DNA of 64,000 bases from NCBI GenBank assembly GCA_048270185.1, contig JBLWTJ010000003.1, forward strand, positions 32,001 to 96,000, read 5' to 3'. The translations under genes were made by a program, and so were the position numbers. Source of the DNA: Bacteriovoracaceae bacterium (GTDB lineage: Bacteria > Bdellovibrionota > Bacteriovoracia > Bacteriovoracales > Bacteriovoracaceae). Under the pieces are notes generated by a model that did not search any database, was not told the DNA's origin, and saw only the letters and a list, made by a program, of their open reading frames with translations. Below, piece by piece: positions 59,901 through 64,000 of the stretch. Positions within the stretch are counted from its first letter, which is position 1; each line of letters opens with the position of its first letter.

Positions 59901-60087
59901 AACGACAACAACTGTTGTGGCCCTCATTCCTATCATGTGGTCAACAAGTACTGGTAGTGAAGTAATGAAGCCAATGGCCATCCCAACTCTTGGCGGTATG
60001 CTTGTTGAACTAATTACATTATTTGTTGTACCTATTACATACTCATACTTTGAACAAAAGAGAATTGAAGGAGAATCTAATGAATAA
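56971..60087 (+). CDS. cusA: CusA/CzcA heavy-metal RND permease
   Basis: IDAIPD, GPDATGLG, NVMSLSG, EFMPSLNEG, PVAMFET, R.RPLVMT. Confidence 0.93.
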   Translation: MIKNLIELSIRNRVTVVLLFLLIALLSVFSLKTARIDAIPDIGENQQIVFTDWPGRSPKDIEEQITYPLSVMLQGIPGVKNIRGTSAFGFSTIYVIFNDDIDFYWSRSRVLEKLTSARNELPTGVNPSMGPDATGLGQVYMYTLENTANSAKPLSLEELRTLQDFYVRYLLQSVEGVSEVASIGGFVKEYQIDVDPNKLIAYDTHLTAIISAIQNSNIDVGAEVIEDGDREFVVRGKGFFKSIADIENVVVAVKNKTPIRIKDIASVGMGPAFRRGALDKNGEEAVGGIVTMRFGENPKVVIDNVKAKLDSIRQGLPKDVELVSFYDRTEVIERTIGTVYSALFQEIIITVVVILLFLLHFKSSILVSLTLPFGVGISFILMKFLGIDSNVMSLSGLVIAIGSMVDMGIIMTENIYSSLAEEGRELSKSERIQTIIKAAREVGPAILTAVSTTIVTFLPVFGLEGSEGKLFGPLAWAKTLAMFGSVVVAIILVPALSTFFLKGELKPIEKNPVSRKIVGTYQPVLSWLLEHRKFFAIFPTIILLLGFISYTQLGKEFMPSLNEGEILYMPVTTADVGMTKARELLAYTDEMLKDHPLVANVVGKLGRAETALDPAPVAMFETVVKLVPQEEWPSGMSIYDIMQELDAHLQVPGLVNAWLFPIENRIAMISTGIKTQVGVKVFGDDLNKLEKISQEIGKVLEGIKGSSGVYAQQITGKPYIEFDIDRVAASRYGINTGTINKILQTAVGGMTIGQFYDGRKRFPIRVRYKKELRDRIDELKKVLVPSPLGQHIPLEQLARVEIVTGPAMIQSEDGLLRNLVLLNVQGRDLIGFVEEAKKAVEEKVELPKGYSLSWAGQYENQVRSNKRLMILVPIALIINLIIIYFGIKNLRNAAIVFSAVPIAFAGGLILLWIGGFNTSVAVWVGFIALFGIAVDDGVVMMTYLQEEFKKHAPTNWSELKEVIISAGSRRIRPLVMTTTTTVVALIPIMWSTSTGSEVMKPMAIPTLGGMLVELITLFVVPITYSYFEQKRIEGESNE

Positions 60088-60553
60088 AATTATTTTAATT
60101 TCACTTTTTACACTTCTAACTTTTGCTAATGAAAGAATTAGCTTAGAAGCATCTAAGAAAACTGAAATTATTAAGATGTTGGAAGTGAATGAGCAACTTC
60201 ATAGTGCTTTCTTTGATTATGATGCTAAGAAAGTTGAAGAATCGGCAAAAGCTCTATCTGAATCCATTGGTACTATCTCAACACCTGAAGTTAAGAAACT
60301 TTTAAAATACTCACAAATGAAGCTTAAGGATATAAAAGCAAGCAATAGTGAAAGTGCTAATAAGCAAAAGTATCATATCGTTTCAATGGCGCTAATTCAT
60401 ATCGTAAATAAATATGAAGTTGGTAAGTATAACGCTTATTCTTGTCCGATGGTGAAGCAGAAGTGGGTTCAAAACTCAGCTAAGCAAGATAAGGTCCACA
60501 ATCCATATGCAGCAAATATGCCTCATTGTGGACAAAAAGATACGAACTTCTAA
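60080..60553 (+). CDS. DUF3347-like periplasmic protein
   Basis: Signal peptide from ATG 60080 (AGGAG RBS); CPM...W.Q....NPY...M..CG. Confidence 0.8.
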   Translation: MNKIILISLFTLLTFANERISLEASKKTEIIKMLEVNEQLHSAFFDYDAKKVEESAKALSESIGTISTPEVKKLLKYSQMKLKDIKASNSESANKQKYHIVSMALIHIVNKYEVGKYNAYSCPMVKQKWVQNSAKQDKVHNPYAANMPHCGQKDTNF

Positions 60554-61066
60554 TTACTTCAAATAATCTGTTACGGCCGCTCCAAATATGCTTGGGAAGG
60601 CGATGATCACAGTACGCTTAAAAGCAAGAGTTGGATCGGTCATGACAGGGAATTTATCAATAAGAAAGAGAATAAAGACAACACTTGAAGTTGTAATCAA
60701 ATAGATGGCAAAGATTCTCTTGATAAACTCAGCGACATTTCCCTTAAGCTTAAATCGGTAGAAGTTAAAGTAGACAAAACAAGTCACGATAACGATTGAA
60801 GATGCCAGTAGGTAATAAATATTATCAAATTTTAGTGAAACACTTAAATTCCAAACTTCTTCAGTAAAGCAAAGAGGTGAGGCAACGAGAAAGGCCCCAA
60901 CAAAGATCTGTGAAATATCACGTAAGCGAAGCTCAACCATAAGAGGGTTGATAACATGGCCCATAGGTTTTCCTGAATCATCGAGGAAGGTAACAACTTC
61001 TTTTAAGTAGCCATTGATACGCTTGATTTCTGTATGAGTGTTTTTTAAGCCTTTGAATACGTCCAT
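60554..61066 (-). CDS. DUF2391-like integral membrane protein
   Basis: D..Q..VGA, P..FTEEVW, four TM helices, FP...GAA..D. Confidence 0.7.
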   Translation of the reverse strand: MDVFKGLKNTHTEIKRINGYLKEVVTFLDDSGKPMGHVINPLMVELRLRDISQIFVGAFLVASPLCFTEEVWNLSVSLKFDNIYYLLASSIVIVTCFVYFNFYRFKLKGNVAEFIKRIFAIYLITTSSVVFILFLIDKFPVMTDPTLAFKRTVIIAFPSIFGAAVTDYLK

Positions 61067-61099
61067 AGTAAAATTATAGAGTTGTTTTGGAATTTAGGC

Positions 61100-61127
61100 A
61101 AAAAAAAAGGCCCGATAAACGGGCCCC
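61100..61127 (-). terminator. rho-independent terminator
   Basis: GGCCCG-ataaa-CGGGCC with 9-A run on the plus strand. Confidence 0.8.
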
Positions 61128-61144
61128 TTATATCTTAACTTTTA

Positions 61145-62041
61145 TTAGAATAAGTTAATTGTTGCAGAGAATCCAATATTAGTTTTCTTAACATCTGCAT
61201 CATCAGCTAAGAATTGGATATTTGGGTAAAGGTAGATATCTCTTGATACAGAAATTCCGATACCGATAGATTGATACTCGTATCTTCTCTTAAGGTCTGA
61301 GTTACTTGCTCCTCTAACTCTTCTATAGTTAAAGTAACCAAATACAGTTCTGAAAGAGAAAGTATCATTGAAAGTATACTCAAGCATTGGATATAGTCCA
61401 AGAGAGAAACGTGTAAGGCCACTGGCCACTGGAGTTTCATCTTTGTACATATAGTAGCTATAATCTACAACACCACCAAGAGTAAGACCTGTCTTACCAA
61501 TATTGGCCATCATATATTGTTGAAGAGTTGCAACACCGCTAATTTCAGCATCTTTGTATGAGTCAGAAGTCCCAAAAGTATAAGTTGCAGATGAGATTGT
61601 TTGGAAAACACCAACTTTGTAAACTCTTGAGTAACTTAGGTATGGATCTGGAACATCAGAGTCTGGGTTACTGAATGGCTTTGTAGCACCCATTCCAGCT
61701 CCAAAAGAGATAGAGTCATTCTTAGTGAAGCGGTAGCGACCTGAAACATCAAGTCCTAGGTAAGTCGCAGTTTCAACTTCTGGGTCACCCGAGATATTTG
61801 GTCTTTCATCACCGAATGGGTCATCAAGAGCACCACCGTTGTAACCAAGTCCAATACTCATACTTAGTGGAGACTTTGAACCTGACTCAGCTCTCATTCT
61901 CGCGTTCGTAATTTCATTATCGATGTCATTTTTCTTTTCTGTTGAGCTCTTCTTTGTTTCTTGTGCATGAACACTTGTCATTGCAAGAGTGAGAAGTAGC
62001 ATCAACGTTTTTGCGCTTTTAAAATTCATTTTCATAATCAC
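61145..62041 (-). CDS. outer-membrane beta-barrel protein
   Basis: Signal peptide, amphipathic aromatic beta strands, terminal Phe. Confidence 0.7.
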   Translation of the reverse strand: MIMKMNFKSAKTLMLLLTLAMTSVHAQETKKSSTEKKNDIDNEITNARMRAESGSKSPLSMSIGLGYNGGALDDPFGDERPNISGDPEVETATYLGLDVSGRYRFTKNDSISFGAGMGATKPFSNPDSDVPDPYLSYSRVYKVGVFQTISSATYTFGTSDSYKDAEISGVATLQQYMMANIGKTGLTLGGVVDYSYYMYKDETPVASGLTRFSLGLYPMLEYTFNDTFSFRTVFGYFNYRRVRGASNSDLKRRYEYQSIGIGISVSRDIYLYPNIQFLADDADVKKTNIGFSATINLF

Positions 62042-62361
62042 TCCATGTGTAAATATTCTGAGCCAATATTGTCTTAACTATTAGATGAAAGAGCAAATTT
62101 TTTCTTAAGTTTTAAGTACTTTCAACAAAAGGTATTTTTGCTTTATGCGATATTGTTTACTCCTTAAATGATAGTGGGTGGATTATTAAATTTTTTTAAA
62201 ATTAAGAATGAACTTTTTGTAGCTGAAGTACGTGAAGTCATTTTGTGGGCAATAGTGTTTTATTCATTATATTTATATTCTAATTTTCATTGATGATTAT
62301 TAATAAGTAGATAGTTAGGTTGTTTAACGATGTTAATATAAGTTACAGGTGCAGTATTAAA

Positions 62362-62377
62362 GTTTGACTTATCAAAC
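62362..62377. promoter_or_regulatory. palindrome GTTTGA-N4-TCAAAC overlapping a possible -35 (TTGACT)
   Basis: GTTTGActtaTCAAAC, 57-72 nt upstream of ATG 62434. Confidence 0.55.
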
Positions 62378-62433
62378 TCGTTCAGATATTTATTCCCTAC
62401 AAATTAAATACAACTCAATATTAGGAGAATAAA

Positions 62434-62955
62434 ATGTTTAAAAAATCACTCGTACTACTAGCTACATTACTAACTGCTTCAACTTTTGCTAACACTGACC
62501 TAGTTCTTGAAGGTGAGAGATGGCTAGCAAGTCACAAAGGTTATGTTTGTGCAGCATTTACTGATTACACAGCTGCTCCTGCATCACACGCAGATCTAAA
62601 TGTAAAATTCGAAAAACTATCAACTGACTACACTCTTGATAATATTCTTATCAAAGCAACTTTTGAAAATGTTGATGGTGTTGAGTGCTCATACTCTTCA
62701 ATCCTATTTGCAGACAATGCTGCTTCAACAATCGTACTTGTTGACTCAAGAGCCTTCTCTAAAGAAGTTGCTTCAGCTGATTGTTCAGAAGGAAAAACAA
62801 TTCTTGATGATCAACTAGCTGATAATGATTACCTATACTGGGGACACCCTCACCACGCAACAATAATGGTTCCTGCTGCAGGTGCTGCTGATATTTGTGG
62901 GGCAGGTGCAACTCATATCGGAATTGATTTTATGGTTTCAGGTAGAGTTAAATAA
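62434..62955 (+). CDS. secreted four-Cys hypothetical protein, paralog of 36232-36735
   Basis: AGGAG RBS, signal peptide (TFA), conserved Cys spacing, GHPHH motif. Confidence 0.85.
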   Translation: MFKKSLVLLATLLTASTFANTDLVLEGERWLASHKGYVCAAFTDYTAAPASHADLNVKFEKLSTDYTLDNILIKATFENVDGVECSYSSILFADNAASTIVLVDSRAFSKEVASADCSEGKTILDDQLADNDYLYWGHPHHATIMVPAAGAADICGAGATHIGIDFMVSGRVK

Positions 62956-62975
62956 TTTTACCAAATCCTTGATAT

Positions 62976-63008
62976 AAAGGCAGGACCGTCAAACGTCCTG
63001 CTTTTTTT
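62976..63008 (+). terminator. rho-independent terminator
   Basis: GCAGGAC-cgtcaaac-GTCCTGC then 7 T. Confidence 0.8.
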
Positions 63009-63025
63009 GTTTTAGGCACTTTGTA

Positions 63026-64000
63026 ATGATGAGAAAGATTCTAAAAATTCACCGTATACTTGGACTATTCTTGGCCTTGAATTTTCTATTATTAGGCCTT
63101 ACTGGTGTAGTTCTTATTTGGCGTCATGAGCTTTCGGATAGACCACTCTCTATACAACAAGGCCAATTCGTTTCTGAGAAATCATCTCTTGTGAAAATTG
63201 AAAACTATCTAGCTTCAGAGTTTTCAAATAAGAAAATTCTTTCAATTTTTAAAGGAGATGATGAAGATCTTCATGCCCGTGTTACAGATCTTGGTGTTGT
63301 GAAGTTTAAAGGTGCAACACGTCTACGCTTTGATCTCTCTGGTGAAGTCTTAGAGAAACAATTAATTAAGAAAGACTCACTACTTGATACAATCCTTAAA
63401 CTTCATAGAGAACTCCTATTTGGTGGTAAGGGAAAAATATTAGTTGGTATCCTTGGTGTCTTCTTTTTATTCGCGCTTATCACTGGTGCTGTTATTGCAG
63501 GAAAGTTCTATCGCAATGTTAAAAAGATGAATAATCGAATTCTTCAAGGAAGAATACATAAGATTATTGGAGTTAAAACGTTCACTTGGTTGTTCATTGT
63601 GACTTTCACGGGGGCCATGCTTGCCTTTAATAGCACATTAATTGGGTTGTTCTTAAGAGAGAATGTTCGTTCCCAAAATTCATTTGGTAATGTTGTCGAA
63701 AATGCTAAGTATATTAAAGCTTCTCAGGTCTTTGAAATTCTTCATGAGAAATTACCAGAGCTTGAGTATGACTTTATTTCATTTCCAGATAATGAATTTT
63801 CTGTGCCAAATCACTTTGTTGTTCTTATGGAGAGTGAGACAAGTCACAAGATTGCCTATATCAATGCCATTAGTGGTGAGTTTGTAAAACTTGTTTCTCT
63901 GCCTTGGTATTTAGAACTACTTATTCTTTCTGAGCCTCTTCATTTCGGTGATTATGGAGGAGTTATATTAAAAATTATCTGGTCGATCCTTGGCCTACTT
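63026..64000 (+). CDS. PepSY-associated TM helix protein (3' partial; absent from the ORF track)
   Basis: My translation: MMRKILKIHRILGL...GLTG, KLHRELL.G..G..LVG, IHKIIG, SEPLHFGDYGG; runs off the window. Confidence 0.85.
   Translation, partial: MMRKILKIHRILGLFLALNFLLLGLTGVVLIWRHELSDRPLSIQQGQFVSEKSSLVKIENYLASEFSNKKILSIFKGDDEDLHARVTDLGVVKFKGATRLRFDLSGEVLEKQLIKKDSLLDTILKLHRELLFGGKGKILVGILGVFFLFALITGAVIAGKFYRNVKKMNNRILQGRIHKIIGVKTFTWLFIVTFTGAMLAFNSTLIGLFLRENVRSQNSFGNVVENAKYIKASQVFEILHEKLPELEYDFISFPDNEFSVPNHFVVLMESETSHKIAYINAISGEFVKLVSLPWYLELLILSEPLHFGDYGGVILKIIWSILGLL

Noticed and set aside
1..64000. Mobile elements, prophage, defence systems, tRNA/rRNA
   Set aside because: No integrase, transposase, phage, nuclease or cas genes recognised, and no tRNA cloverleaf or rRNA-like sequence seen in the intergenic gaps.

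Overview
AT-rich, gene-dense bacterial chromosome segment. Gene content (many secreted hypotheticals, an HTH protein resembling the DUF4423/TIGR02147 type, orphan histidine kinases) suggests a Bdellovibrionota predator such as Halobacteriovorax/Bacteriovorax; this is an inference. No rRNA, tRNA, CRISPR array, prophage or transposase was seen. Recognisable modules: a thiol/redox group (egtD-like, OsmC, SQR, yghU); an RpoE-ChrR pair divergent from a 7-gene lipid-modification operon resembling furan fatty-acid synthesis, with two exact TGATCC-N16-CGTA promoters; an imelysin/di-haem iron-uptake operon; a BCCT transporter; a CsoR-controlled copZ-copA-csoR-cusCBA-DUF3347 copper operon; and a PepSY-TM gene at the right edge. 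Best candidate for an undescribed system: two divergent paralogous four-cysteine secreted proteins (36232-36735 and 62434-62955), each in an iron-uptake context, whose transcription units share the upstream palindrome GTTTGA-N4-TCAAAC. Other leads: a protein with a 22-tyrosine C-terminal tail, a betT gene with no canonical start codon for its N-terminus, a TGA-interrupted HisKA gene, a cryptic lytic-transglycosylase-like protein and a probable antiparallel membrane heterodimer. All product calls come from motif recognition by eye, not from database searches.
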